From assembly GCA_041390685.1 (NCBI GenBank), contig JAWKPL010000001.1, positions 73,784 to 137,783 of the forward strand: a stretch of DNA of 64,000 nt, given 5' to 3'. Below, piece after piece: positions 39,606-49,589 of this stretch. The position numbers and the translations under genes were made by a program. Below the pieces are notes generated by a model. It was not told where the DNA came from. It saw only the letters and a program-made list of their open reading frames with translations, and did not search any database. This DNA comes from Dehalococcoidia bacterium (lineage in GTDB: Bacteria > Chloroflexota > Dehalococcoidia > UBA2979). Numbering within the stretch: position 1 is the first letter of the stretch; each line of letters opens with the position of its first letter.

Positions 39606-40534
39606 GTCCGTCGCTCAACCTCGCGCTGCTCGCCGGTACCGCCGACGGTCTGTGGTCCCTGCTGCCTGGTGAGCGGGCCCGGCGCGTCGTGGCGACCAGC
39701 GGCGTGCGCGCCATCGATGCTCGCGGCGACATGGCTCTCGCTGGTTCGGCCGATGGGGCATGGCTACACCGGAAGGGCAAGTGGGAGCAGGTACTGGAGG
39801 CGGACGTGCGCTGCGTCCGCGTGAGTCCGGACGGCGTGCTCGTGGCCGGTGTGGCCCCGTCGAACGTCCTGGCGTCAGAGGATCGGGGCGAAACCTGGCA
39901 TGAGTGGAGCACGCTGCAGAACCTCGTGCGCTACCACGGGCAGCGGATGGGGATCCGCGGGACCGCGGCCCCGGTCGCGGGTGTCGCGTTCGCATCCGGC
40001 ATCGTCGTCGCATTCACGGGGATCGGCGCGTTCCTCACCCTCGACAATGGCCGCACCTGGGCACTGCACTCAGAAGGTCTCGACCGCCGGGTGCACGGCC
40101 TGTGGGATCACCCGGAGCGGACCGAGCGTCTGTACGCGGCGGCGCCGAGCGGGTTCTACCGCTCCGAGGACGGTGGCTACTCGTGGGTACAGTCCCTGCA
40201 TGGGCTCGACCGTTCCTGGGCCGACGCCGTCGCCGTTCTGCCAGGGGTACCAGATACGCTCCTGCTGACGGCCGCCAGGTCGGCCGGCGGCACCGAGGCA
40301 GCGCTGTTTCGCTCGGTAGACGGTGCCGTTTCGTGGACGCGGTTCTTGCTGGGCGACCGTGACGAGTGGGACCGCCCCCCGCTGGTTACCAGCCTCTCCA
40401 GTCCGGTTGACGCGCTCTTCGTCCTCGCCGGCGGCGAGGTGTGGGGATCGCATGACCGTGGCGAGCACTGGATCCCGATGGCAGACGGGCTTCCGCAAGC
40501 GGATTGCTTCCTGGCAGCCGTTGGAGAGTGGTAG
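39602..40534 (+). CDS. BNR/sialidase-like beta-propeller repeat protein
   Basis: Repeated 'S.D.G.TW' motifs (SEDRGETW, LDNGRTW, SEDGGYSW, SVDGAVSW, SHDRGEHW). The ATG overlaps the cobB stop (ATGA). Confidence 0.7.
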   Translation: MSPSLNLALLAGTADGLWSLLPGERARRVVATSGVRAIDARGDMALAGSADGAWLHRKGKWEQVLEADVRCVRVSPDGVLVAGVAPSNVLASEDRGETWHEWSTLQNLVRYHGQRMGIRGTAAPVAGVAFASGIVVAFTGIGAFLTLDNGRTWALHSEGLDRRVHGLWDHPERTERLYAAAPSGFYRSEDGGYSWVQSLHGLDRSWADAVAVLPGVPDTLLLTAARSAGGTEAALFRSVDGAVSWTRFLLGDRDEWDRPPLVTSLSSPVDALFVLAGGEVWGSHDRGEHWIPMADGLPQADCFLAAVGEW

Positions 40535-40630
40535 CCGAGGCGCAGAACCGCCGCCGGTGCTACGATCCACGTCCAGATTTCATCGTCCTGGCTCCACCCG
40601 CATGCGCAATGTCCGCCTGGACGAAAGGGG

Positions 40631-41518
40631 ATGGGATACTTGATGTCCATGGCGAACCGAACGCAGGACCAGATGGTCGAGGTGAACGGCCTCCGTCTTC
40701 ACGTCCACGAGTGGGGTGACAGCCGCACGAAGCACGCCCTGGTGTTGCTGCACGACTACGCCGAATCCGCAGCCGCATGGGAAGACGTCGCAGTGGACCT
40801 GTCGCGCGAGTATCGCGTGATCGCGCTCGACCAGCGCGGGCACGGCCGTTCGGATCGCGCGCAGGACCACGACTACAGCCGCGCCTCGCAGGTGGAAGAC
40901 ATCGCGGGGGTCGTCGAGGCGCTCGGTCTGCGCATGGTGACCGTCGTCGGGCACGGGATGGGCGGTGCGAACGCGATCTGCTACGCCGCCGAGCACCCGG
41001 ATGTTGTCAGCGCGCTCATCGTGATCGAGGCGGCACCCGAAGTGCTTCGCAGCGGCATCGAGACGATGCGTCGCGTCCTCGCCGCCGGCGACGAGTTCAC
41101 CACGCTGGACGAGGTGTCCGAGGTCTACCGGCGCTACTACCCCTACGCAACCACCGAGCAACTCGATCGGCGGGCGCGGGCGGTGGTCACCGTGACAGCG
41201 GATGGCACTTACACATGGGCGTTCGACCCGGTGTTCCGCGACCCGACCGCACGCCCGCCCGAGCAGGATCCCGGCCAGCGGCGCCTCTCCAACCTCTGGG
41301 ACTGTGTCGAGCACGTGCAGTGCCCGGTCATGATCGTCAGCGGTTCCGAGACGGACATGGTCACACCTGAGGCGATTCAGCGGCTGCACCGGCGAATCCT
41401 GGGCTCGCGGCGCTCATTGATCGAGGAAGCTGGTCATGCCGTACCGACGGATCAGCCGGCAGCACTCGCACAGCACATCCGCGAGTTTCTCCAGAGCCTG
41501 TCCAGCAGCCCGATCTAG
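40631..41518 (+). CDS. alpha/beta hydrolase fold protein
   Basis: 'LLHDYAESAAAW', a nucleophile elbow 'GHGMGG' and a C-terminal His. Confidence 0.8.
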   Translation: MGYLMSMANRTQDQMVEVNGLRLHVHEWGDSRTKHALVLLHDYAESAAAWEDVAVDLSREYRVIALDQRGHGRSDRAQDHDYSRASQVEDIAGVVEALGLRMVTVVGHGMGGANAICYAAEHPDVVSALIVIEAAPEVLRSGIETMRRVLAAGDEFTTLDEVSEVYRRYYPYATTEQLDRRARAVVTVTADGTYTWAFDPVFRDPTARPPEQDPGQRRLSNLWDCVEHVQCPVMIVSGSETDMVTPEAIQRLHRRILGSRRSLIEEAGHAVPTDQPAALAQHIREFLQSLSSSPI

Positions 41519-41550
41519 ATCCCCGCCGCCTGCCTCGAGGAGCCGAGACA

Positions 41551-42795
41551 ATGCCGCGCACGATTCACCGCGTTGTGGTCACGGGCATGGGGGCGGTGAC
41601 GCCGATCGGGAACGACCTTGCCTCGTACTGGGAGGGACTACGCTCCGGCCGCAACGGCATCGGGCGAGTGACGCTCTGCGACCCGGACCCGCTGCCGGTG
41701 CAGATTGCCGGCGAGGTGAAGCACTGGGACCCGGAGCAATACCTCGAGCGCAAAACCGCGCGACGGACGGGCAGGTTCGCGCAGTTCGCCCTCGGGGCGT
41801 CTGTACAAGCGCTGCAAGATGCCGGCATCACGGTCGCCGACTCCAATCGCGACGATATCGGCGTGGTCATGGCGACCTCGGGGGGCGCGTTCAACATGGG
41901 TGAGCCGTGGGTGGAGATGCAGACGAAGGGGGCCCATCGCGCGGATCCGTTCGTCATCACGCGCGAAGGCCAGCACATGGGCGCCGGACGAGTTGGACGC
42001 GAGATCGGGATTCGCGGTCCGAACACGACGATCAATACGGCCTGCGCATCCGGAACGGACGCGCTGGGGCACGCACTGAACATGATCCGGCTCGGACACG
42101 CGCGGTGCCTGCTCGCCGGGGGTGCGGAGGCAATCATCACCCCGCTGGCGCTGTCCTCGATGGGGCGTATGGGGGCTCTGTCGCACAACAACGACGATCC
42201 GGAGCACGCCTCACGACCGTTCGACCTGAACCGGGATGGCTTCGTCCTCGGCGAGGGAGCAGGAGTGCTCCTCCTCGAGTCCGAAGAATCGGCCACGGCG
42301 CGGGGCGCACGCATCTACTGCGAACTCGCCGGTGTCGGATGGTCCTTCGACGCGACCGATGACACGGCGCCGGATGCCGAGGGCCAATCGCTGGCCATGA
42401 TACGCGCTCTACGGGATGCGGACCTTCCCGCGAGCGCCGTCGACTACATCAACTGCCATGGCACCAGCACCCCGTACAACGACCGGACGGAAACCGTCGC
42501 GATCAAGCTCGCACTCGGCGAAGCACATGCGAGGAGCATCCCCGTCTCTTCGACCAAGTCGATGACGGGACACCTCGCCGCGGGTGCGGGCGGGATCGAA
42601 GCCGTGGCGGCCATCCTCACGCTGCACTACGGTTGCATCCCGCCGACGATCAACCACGTCACGCCCGACCCGGCCTGCGATCTGGACATCGTCCCGAACG
42701 TGGCTCGGGAAGCCGCGCTCAACGTGGTGATGTCGAACTCGTTCGGGCTCGGGGGCCAGAACGCCGCCGCAGTCTTCCGCCGATACGAGGCATAG
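41551..42795 (+). CDS. fabF: 3-oxoacyl-[acyl-carrier-protein] synthase II
   Basis: Active-site Cys 'NTACASG', His residues 'NCHGTSTP' and 'KSMTGH', and the C-terminal 'NSFGLGGQNA'. Confidence 0.95.
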   Translation: MPRTIHRVVVTGMGAVTPIGNDLASYWEGLRSGRNGIGRVTLCDPDPLPVQIAGEVKHWDPEQYLERKTARRTGRFAQFALGASVQALQDAGITVADSNRDDIGVVMATSGGAFNMGEPWVEMQTKGAHRADPFVITREGQHMGAGRVGREIGIRGPNTTINTACASGTDALGHALNMIRLGHARCLLAGGAEAIITPLALSSMGRMGALSHNNDDPEHASRPFDLNRDGFVLGEGAGVLLLESEESATARGARIYCELAGVGWSFDATDDTAPDAEGQSLAMIRALRDADLPASAVDYINCHGTSTPYNDRTETVAIKLALGEAHARSIPVSSTKSMTGHLAAGAGGIEAVAAILTLHYGCIPPTINHVTPDPACDLDIVPNVAREAALNVVMSNSFGLGGQNAAAVFRRYEA

Positions 42796-42807
42796 GCGTC
42801 CATCGGA

Positions 42808-43020
42808 TCACGATGCCTTCCGCAGTGTGCCGATCACCGGCTTCCCGTCGCCCGCGCCCGCGCGTTGCGCGCGGGGCACGTACTTCGAGAAGCCGCACTG
42901 GACACAGGACAACTGCAGGTCACCCTCGAAGTCGACGATTGGGGTCACATCCCCCTGACAGCGCGGGCAGGCCTTGATCAACAGCACGTCAGTCCTCCGT
43001 TCGTCGCCTGTGACGATCAT
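42808..43020 (-). CDS. Trm112-like zinc-ribbon small protein (70 aa)
   Basis: 'LLIKACPRCQGDV...LSCVQCGFSKYVP' fits the Trm112/DUF343 pattern. GC3 is high. Confidence 0.5.
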   Translation of the reverse strand: MIVTGDERRTDVLLIKACPRCQGDVTPIVDFEGDLQLSCVQCGFSKYVPRAQRAGAGDGKPVIGTLRKAS

Positions 43021-43036
43021 GGAGGGAACTCATGAC

Positions 43037-43984
43037 ATGACTGTTGAGCAGGTGTTGCCGCAGTGTAAAACCGGACCGGCCTCGGACGATGGCGCCGCCG
43101 ACCCGTACAATGTCAGCACCCCGGTCTTCTCGAGGCGATGGCTTGCGAGGCCTATGCCCATCGACGTCCGACTGACTGACCATACGGCTGACCCTATTCG
43201 CTCGCTCTACACTGCGTTTCGGGTCTGCTACTCCGCGTTTACGCCGGCAGAGATCGAGGCCCGGATCGAAGACGAGCGCATCACTCACGACCAGATGCGC
43301 GAGTTTGTCGAGGCCCGCCTTGCGACCGGCCACACGTCCCCACTCCAGCAGGTCTGGTTCGAGTTCGGCATCTCCGGCGTAAGCCGCGCGTTCTCGCACC
43401 AGTTCGTCCGCCATCACATCGGCATATCGTTCGAGCAGCAGTCTCAGCGTTATGTCACCTATCGAGACGGTACGTTCCCCTATACACTGCCCGACTCCAT
43501 CCGTCGCGCCGGAAAGTCGGAGACGTTCGAGCGCGCCGTAGACGCCGCAGGCCGTGCTTATCAGGAGCTCATCGATGCCGGGGTGCCGGCAGAGGATGCG
43601 CGATTCCTCTTGCCCAACGCGACGAGCACGAACTTCAAAGTGAGCGTGAACTACCTTGAGTTGCTCCACATCGCGGACCAGCGGCTGTGCACCCGCGCGC
43701 AATGGGAGTTTCGCAAAGTCGTGTCGCTGATGCGCGCCGAGGTGAAGCGGCGCTTCCCCGAGCTCGCACGATACATGCAGCCAAAGTGCGGCGAGTTTCG
43801 CCTCGGATACTGCGATGAGTCGTTCACCGATTGGGAGGGGTGCCCGATCGGCCGCAAGCGTCCGCACAAGTCAACGTTGTTCGAGTTGTACGCGCGCTCC
43901 CGGCAGGGGCAGCTCGATGATCTGCGTGACCCGGACTACCACGTCATCGAGTCTGAGCAACTCAGCGAGAGCGAGCCGTACTGA
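43037..43984 (+). CDS. thyX: FAD-dependent thymidylate synthase
   Basis: ThyX fold with 'SHQFVRHHIGISFEQQSQRY', i.e. the ThyX RHR-x7-8-S region reading RHH. A GGAGGG ribosome-binding site precedes the ATG. Confidence 0.8.
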   Translation: MTVEQVLPQCKTGPASDDGAADPYNVSTPVFSRRWLARPMPIDVRLTDHTADPIRSLYTAFRVCYSAFTPAEIEARIEDERITHDQMREFVEARLATGHTSPLQQVWFEFGISGVSRAFSHQFVRHHIGISFEQQSQRYVTYRDGTFPYTLPDSIRRAGKSETFERAVDAAGRAYQELIDAGVPAEDARFLLPNATSTNFKVSVNYLELLHIADQRLCTRAQWEFRKVVSLMRAEVKRRFPELARYMQPKCGEFRLGYCDESFTDWEGCPIGRKRPHKSTLFELYARSRQGQLDDLRDPDYHVIESEQLSESEPY

Positions 43985-44066
43985 AGGGACGCATGCCCGC
44001 CTTGCCCCCACCTGACCCGGTCGAATATCGTGGCCTAGCAGCATCACAACCATTCAGGGGGGAAGC

Positions 44067-44378
44067 ATGCCGATCGACGAGCGTCTCGCCGCTGAGGGGG
44101 CGGACTGGATTGCCGAGCAACTGACGGAGGAGTACGGCGGCTTCATCTCCGCGGAAGTGATCGACGCGATCATGGAATTCGAGGTCGAGATCCGACAAGA
44201 AGCCGGCGACCCACAGCTTCCACACGCGGTGATGGCGACACACCTCCTGGAGCGGCTCGCCGCCGAGGGCGCTCCAGTTGGAGTCTGGGGCGGGGTGAAC
44301 GAAGTGCTGCTTCAGGAAATCCTCCACCTGGAGGACGAGTTCCTCGCGATGGCGGGACATCCCCGGGACATCCGCTAG
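44067..44378 (+). CDS. hypothetical small acidic protein (103 aa)
   Basis: A GGGGGGAAG ribosome-binding site precedes the ATG, and codon bias is good. No motif is recognised. Confidence 0.5.
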   Translation: MPIDERLAAEGADWIAEQLTEEYGGFISAEVIDAIMEFEVEIRQEAGDPQLPHAVMATHLLERLAAEGAPVGVWGGVNEVLLQEILHLEDEFLAMAGHPRDIR

Positions 44379-44385
44379 GCTACCG

Positions 44386-45252
44386 CTACCCCTCCCGCAC
44401 CTCGTCCCGAAGCGCCTTCAGGCGGCGGATGTTCTCGAGATCTGGTCCCTTGCCATCGATCCCCGGAACTTCAAGGAGCATGGGCAGACGCTGCAGCTCC
44501 ACCGTCGCGAGGATGTTGCGGAAGCCGGCGGAGCCGATGTGACCATCCCCGATGTTCTCGTGCCGGTCGCGCGTGCTACCGCGCTCCATCTTTGAGTCGT
44601 TCGCGTGCATGACGGCGAGGCGGTCGAGGCCGACCTCACCGTCCACCTCAGCAAGCATCGTCCGCATTCCCTCGGGCGTGGTCAGGTCGTAGCCCGCGGC
44701 GTACGCGTGACAGGTGTCCAGGCAGACGGCGAGCCGCGGACTCGCTACGGTACGGAGAATCGCACCGAGCTCCGCAAAGTCCTTACCGATCGTCCCCCCT
44801 TGCCCGGCTGCGTTTTCGAGCGCGAGCAGCGCTGCTCCCGGCGCCGCCTCGAGGATGCGTTCGAGGGCCGCCGCCACCTTCGGGAGCACGGCGTCGATCC
44901 CTTTGCCTCGATGGGAGCCGGTGTGGAGCACGACGCCTTCTGCACCCGCACCATCGGCGACGGTCAGCGCGTTGATAACGGCGTCGACTGATTTCTCCCA
45001 CATCGCGTCGTCGTCCGCAGCAAGGTTGGGGAGATAGGGGCAGTGCAGCCACACCGCTCGGAGCCCGGACGCCCCGCGAGCGTCGCGGAAGCGCGCGTAC
45101 GCCCCCGGCGTATGCTTCGTCGCTCGCCAGGTCTGGGGGGCGCTGCCGAAGATCTGAATAGCCTCCGCCTCAATCGCCTTGCCGCGCTCAATGGCCGTCC
45201 AGATACCGCCCGACGACGACACATGAGCGCCGATCGGCTGGGTTACTGTCAC
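44386..45252 (-). CDS. nfo: deoxyribonuclease IV (endonuclease IV, AP endonuclease family 2)
   Basis: TIM-barrel xylose-isomerase-like with 'HAPYLPNL', 'VLHTGSH', 'LENAAG' and 'CLDTCHAYAAGYD' metal ligands. Confidence 0.9.
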   Translation of the reverse strand: MTVTQPIGAHVSSSGGIWTAIERGKAIEAEAIQIFGSAPQTWRATKHTPGAYARFRDARGASGLRAVWLHCPYLPNLAADDDAMWEKSVDAVINALTVADGAGAEGVVLHTGSHRGKGIDAVLPKVAAALERILEAAPGAALLALENAAGQGGTIGKDFAELGAILRTVASPRLAVCLDTCHAYAAGYDLTTPEGMRTMLAEVDGEVGLDRLAVMHANDSKMERGSTRDRHENIGDGHIGSAGFRNILATVELQRLPMLLEVPGIDGKGPDLENIRRLKALRDEVREG

Positions 45253-45326
45253 GCGTACCTTCTCTCGGTGTTCATCGGGGGACGGCGAGTGCCGCCCGAG
45301 TGAGCCTGATCACAACAGCTCGGCCG

Positions 45327-47495
45327 CTACACCTCGGCGCGGCTCACGGAGATGACACCCCGCACCGACTCGAGTCGTCCCATCAGCCGTGACACCTGCG
45401 GCAAACCCTGTGTTTCGAGGGTGAGGTGCACGGTGGTGGTTCGGTCGTCGTTCTCTTGCGTACGGACGCCCACCATGTTGACGTCTTCGGCCGCCACGAT
45501 CGTGCTGATGTCGCGCAGCAGACCGACACGGTCCCACGCGTGTACATACACCGCCGCCGCATAGAGGCTGCCGGAGGGCCCCCAGTCGCACTCCACGAGC
45601 CGTTCGGGTTCGGCGGCGTGTGAGGCGTTCCGGCAGTCGCGACGGTGCACGGTGACGCCTCGCGAGCGAGTGACGAAACCGATGATCAACTCACCTGGGA
45701 GGGGATGGCAGCAGCGGGCGATCGTGACGTGCATCCCGCCCTCGCCCAGCACGCGCACGCCCGGCGTGCCCGCTTTGCGGGGCTTCTTCGTCAGGACTTC
45801 AAGCGGTTCCGGAGGCGGGGGCGCGAACTCCGCGAGCCGCATCGCCAACAGCTGCAGTGAAACGTCGCCGTAGCCGATGGCCGCGAGCATGTCGTCGAGC
45901 GACTCGTAGCCCAACTGCGGGGCGAGCGTTGCGGGCACCTCGCTGACGCCCAGGCGTTTGCGCTCGCGGTCGAGGAGGTCTCTGCCTCGCTCGATGTTGT
46001 CATCCCGCTGCGAGCGGCGGAACCAGTGCCGGACCTTCTGCCTCGAGTGGCTCGAGCCGAGATAGCCCAGAGCCGGGATTAGCCAGTCGCGCGACGGCCC
46101 CTTATCGCCTCGTCCGCGAATGACCTCTACGACATCCCCATTCCGGAGCCGTGTCGTCAGCGGAGCAATACGGCCATTCACCCTCGCGCCCACACAGTGA
46201 TGCCCGAGGTCGGTGTGGATGCGGTACGCAAAATCGATCGGTGTGGACCCCGCCGGCAGGACACGCACGTCGCCGCGAGGGGTGTAGACGAATACCTGAT
46301 CGCGGAAGACATCTGTCTTGACTGACTCGAGGAAGTCCTCCGTGCCGGACGCCTCCTGCTGCCACTCGATGAGGTGGCGGAGCCAGGCCAATCGCTCCTC
46401 GTACTGATGGTCGCGCTTGCGAGGTTCGTCCTTGTATTGCCAGTGCGCGGCCACGCCGTACTCAGCGAGTTCGTGCATTTCATGGGTGCGGATCTGCACC
46501 TCGAAAGGTCGTGCGCCGGGCCCCATCACGTTGGTGTGGAGCGACTGATACAGCGACTCCTTCGGGTTCGCGATGTAGTCGTCGAACCCGCCGGGGATGG
46601 GATGCCACGTCTGATGGACGACACCAAGAGCGTTGTAGCAGTCACCGATGGTGTCGACGAGCACGCGCAGCGCCAGCAGGTCGTATATCTGGTCGAACGA
46701 CTTCCCTTCGGCGGCGTAGCGACGCATCTTCGCGCGAATCGAGTAGAGATGCTTCACGCGCCCGCTCACCTCGGCCTGCACCCCCGCCGTCTCGAGCTGC
46801 TGCCGCAACTCCCGTTCGACGCGGCGGACGAACCGCTCTCGCTCAGCGCGCCTCGACGCGACCATCTCGGAGATGCGCTTGTACTCCGGAGGGTCGAGGT
46901 AGCGAAAAGCGAGGTCCTCGAGTTCCCACTTGAACTGCCAGATGCCCAGCCGCGCGGCCAGGGGGGCGTAGATGTCCATCGTCTCCTGCGCGATCGCCTG
47001 CTGACGGTGCGCCGCGAGGTGCTGGAGCGTCCGCATGTTATGAAGGCGATCGGCGATCTTGATGATCACGACACGGACATCCTCGGCCATGGCAACGAAC
47101 ATCTTGCGGAGCGTCTCGGCATCGGCCGCTGACGCGCTCGTCGCGGTCTGCGGGCCGATCTGGTCAATCTTAGTGGCGCCCTCGACCAGCCTCGCGACGT
47201 CCGGGCTGAACCGCCGTGCGAGCTGTTCGGAGGTGACGTCGCAGTCCTCAACGACGTCGTGGAGCAACGCGGCCTTCACCGTTGGCACGTCCATGTGCAG
47301 CTCGGCGACCAGACGAGCGACAGCGACCGGATGAGTGATGTAGGGCTCGCCTGAAAGGCGCTTCTGCTCGGCGTGCGCGTCACGCGCGAAGGCGTAGACC
47401 TCGCGGATCGAGTCGACCCGCTCGGCGGGGAGATAGGAACCGAGCGTCGCGAACAGCTCGTCGACGCCGAAAGGGATGTGCTCCGTGACGACCAT
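45327..47495 (-). CDS. relA: bifunctional (p)ppGpp synthetase/hydrolase RelA/SpoT family
   Basis: An HD domain 'ALLHDVVED', a synthetase domain 'RVKHLYSIRAKM', then TGS and C-terminal ACT domains. Length is 722 aa. Confidence 0.95.
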   Translation of the reverse strand: MVVTEHIPFGVDELFATLGSYLPAERVDSIREVYAFARDAHAEQKRLSGEPYITHPVAVARLVAELHMDVPTVKAALLHDVVEDCDVTSEQLARRFSPDVARLVEGATKIDQIGPQTATSASAADAETLRKMFVAMAEDVRVVIIKIADRLHNMRTLQHLAAHRQQAIAQETMDIYAPLAARLGIWQFKWELEDLAFRYLDPPEYKRISEMVASRRAERERFVRRVERELRQQLETAGVQAEVSGRVKHLYSIRAKMRRYAAEGKSFDQIYDLLALRVLVDTIGDCYNALGVVHQTWHPIPGGFDDYIANPKESLYQSLHTNVMGPGARPFEVQIRTHEMHELAEYGVAAHWQYKDEPRKRDHQYEERLAWLRHLIEWQQEASGTEDFLESVKTDVFRDQVFVYTPRGDVRVLPAGSTPIDFAYRIHTDLGHHCVGARVNGRIAPLTTRLRNGDVVEVIRGRGDKGPSRDWLIPALGYLGSSHSRQKVRHWFRRSQRDDNIERGRDLLDRERKRLGVSEVPATLAPQLGYESLDDMLAAIGYGDVSLQLLAMRLAEFAPPPPEPLEVLTKKPRKAGTPGVRVLGEGGMHVTIARCCHPLPGELIIGFVTRSRGVTVHRRDCRNASHAAEPERLVECDWGPSGSLYAAAVYVHAWDRVGLLRDISTIVAAEDVNMVGVRTQENDDRTTTVHLTLETQGLPQVSRLMGRLESVRGVISVSRAEV

Positions 47496-47592
47496 CCTGT
47501 GCTCAAAGTATCACGCGGGACAGGGGCCGTCAGGGCGGGTGGGTCGCACTGCCTTGCTCGCGCCCCCGCCGACACCCACCTACACTCGGGCC

Positions 47593-48864
47593 ATGCCAGA
47601 CATACGCGCCCCCCGAGGCATGCACGACCTCTTGCCCGAGCAGGAAGCGCTCTGGCGCCACGTCCGCGATACCGCCGAGCGCGTGGCACATCTCTTTGGC
47701 TACGGGCTCATCAGCACACCCCTGGTCGAGGACGCCTCGGTGTTCCTGCGCACGGTGGGCGACGACAGCGACATTGTGTCGAAAGAGATGTACCTGTTCG
47801 ACGACCGGGGCGGGGATCGCCTCGCGCTCCGGCCCGAGGGGACGGCTGCCGTCTGCCGGGCCTACGTGGAACACGGGATGGCGAGCCGCCCCCAGCCGGT
47901 CCGTCTGTACTACTTCGGTCCGATGTTCCGGTACGATCGGCCGCAGGCCGGACGTTACCGCCAGCTCTGGCAATTCGGCGTCGAGTGCATCGGGGACGCG
48001 GCAGCCGCTGCCGATGTCGAGGTCATCGATCTGCAGCGGACGCTGTATGAGCGGCTCGGCCTCGAGGCGCTCACGTTGCGCATCAACTCGATCGGTACGG
48101 CCGACACGCGACACCGCTACATCGACGCACTGCGCGAGCATCTGCGACCGCATGTCGCGACGCTATCTCGTGACTCACAACGCCGGTTCGAGACGAACGT
48201 ACTGCGGGTGCTCGACTCGAAAGAGGACGCCGGGCATCCGGCCGTGGCCGGAGCACCGAGCATCCTCGACTACCTGGACGCGTCGGACGCTGCGCACTTC
48301 GCGGACGTACGGACGCTCCTCGACGGCCTCGGCATCGCCTACGAGATCGACCCGAGGATTGTGCGCGGCCTCGACTACTACGCGCGGACGGTGTGGGAGT
48401 TCGAGCCTGCGGGCGCTGGCGGGCAGTCAACAGTGGGCGCGGGCGGTAGGTACGACGGCTTGATCGAGTTGCTGGGCGGGACGCCAACGCCAGGGACGGG
48501 AATGGCGACCGGCATCGAACGCATCATGCTCAACCTGCAAGAGGCCGGGGCGATCAGCACCGACTCTCTGCCGGCGATCTACGTGGCGCCGCTCGGCGAC
48601 CATCTTCCAACCGCCCTCGCGACGGCCAACGCGATCCGCGCCGCCGGCATCTCGACCCAAGTCGGTCAGGCCGGCCGAAGCCTGAGGGCGCATTTCCGCG
48701 CAGCCGACTCGCTTGCGTGTACCCACATCGCCATCATCGGCGACAGCGAAGCATCAAAGGGCGTCATGCAGCTCAAGCCGCTGCGGGGTGACGGCGCGCA
48801 GATCGAGGTCACCGCGGCGGACCTTCCGGCGATGTTGTCCGTGGAGGCGCCGCCAGGGAAGTGA
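47593..48864 (+). CDS. hisS: histidine--tRNA ligase
   Basis: Class II motif 1 'RGMHDLLP', the HisA motif 'LRPEGTA', 'YYFGPMFRYDRPQAGRYRQ' and an anticodon-binding C-terminus. Confidence 0.95.
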   Translation: MPDIRAPRGMHDLLPEQEALWRHVRDTAERVAHLFGYGLISTPLVEDASVFLRTVGDDSDIVSKEMYLFDDRGGDRLALRPEGTAAVCRAYVEHGMASRPQPVRLYYFGPMFRYDRPQAGRYRQLWQFGVECIGDAAAAADVEVIDLQRTLYERLGLEALTLRINSIGTADTRHRYIDALREHLRPHVATLSRDSQRRFETNVLRVLDSKEDAGHPAVAGAPSILDYLDASDAAHFADVRTLLDGLGIAYEIDPRIVRGLDYYARTVWEFEPAGAGGQSTVGAGGRYDGLIELLGGTPTPGTGMATGIERIMLNLQEAGAISTDSLPAIYVAPLGDHLPTALATANAIRAAGISTQVGQAGRSLRAHFRAADSLACTHIAIIGDSEASKGVMQLKPLRGDGAQIEVTAADLPAMLSVEAPPGK

Positions 48865-49395
48865 GAGCGGGCGGTGCACCGGGTCATATCGGCGGGAGCG
48901 TCGATGTGTCGGAAGTCGTCCACCCCGCCGTCCTGGATGCGATGTTGAGCGCAGACGATGGCGTCTGTGCGCGCCAGAAGACAGCAGGGCGCCTCGCCAG
49001 CGGAGTCAGCACTCCTCGCGCTGCCGATCGGATGCATGCCGAAGAAGTGGCGGCGACTGCCGGGCGGGGGACGGTCCTCGGTTGGCCGAGGGAGGCGCTC
49101 CTCGGCCAACCGACGAGAGTCGTTTGACCACTCTGCAACCGAAGGACCGTATGTACTCGGAGGATTACGGGAGTGGGGGCAGACACCCTCCGGGTACGAG
49201 ATGTAGTTTCTGGGACCGGGCACAAGCGGACATCTGGATTTTGACGTATTCGAAGAGATATGTCATTCCTGCGGGCGCCATCGAGACGTTGGAAGGTGAT
49301 CGTTACGTCCAGAACAGAGTCGGTCACCTCACGGGGATGGCCGCGAGGGAACGCTGTACGGCGTCCGGCAGGCGGCCGGACGGAGGAGGTTCCCT

Positions 49396-49551
49396 GTGCT
49401 CGCCCTGATCCTGGTCCTACTGCTCCTGGCGCTCCTGTTCGGCGGGCTGGGCGTCTTCGTCGCGAAGGCGTTCCTGTTCGGCCTGCTGGTCGTGCTGATA
49501 CTGGCGCTCCTCGGCGGCGTCACGATCGGCCGCTCCAGCAGACGTGTCTAA
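49396..49551 (+). CDS. small hydrophobic peptide (51 aa, two TM)
   Basis: A GGAGGAGG ribosome-binding site sits 6 nt before the GTG. The product is 'MLALILVLLLLALLFGGLGVFVAKAFLFGLLVVLILALLGGVTIGRSSRRV'. It is too short to appear in the ORF track. Confidence 0.5.
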   Translation: MLALILVLLLLALLFGGLGVFVAKAFLFGLLVVLILALLGGVTIGRSSRRV

Positions 49552-49589
49552 CGCGACTGGCAACCGCCCGCGGCGGCGACAGCAGGTAC

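Noticed and set aside
48861-49127. 88-aa ORF whose GTG overlaps the hisS stop (GTGA)
   Set aside because: It could be translationally coupled, but the product has no recognisable features. The perfect 13-bp hairpin lies inside it, which suggests the region is non-coding leader or terminator. It is kept only as part of the leader finding.
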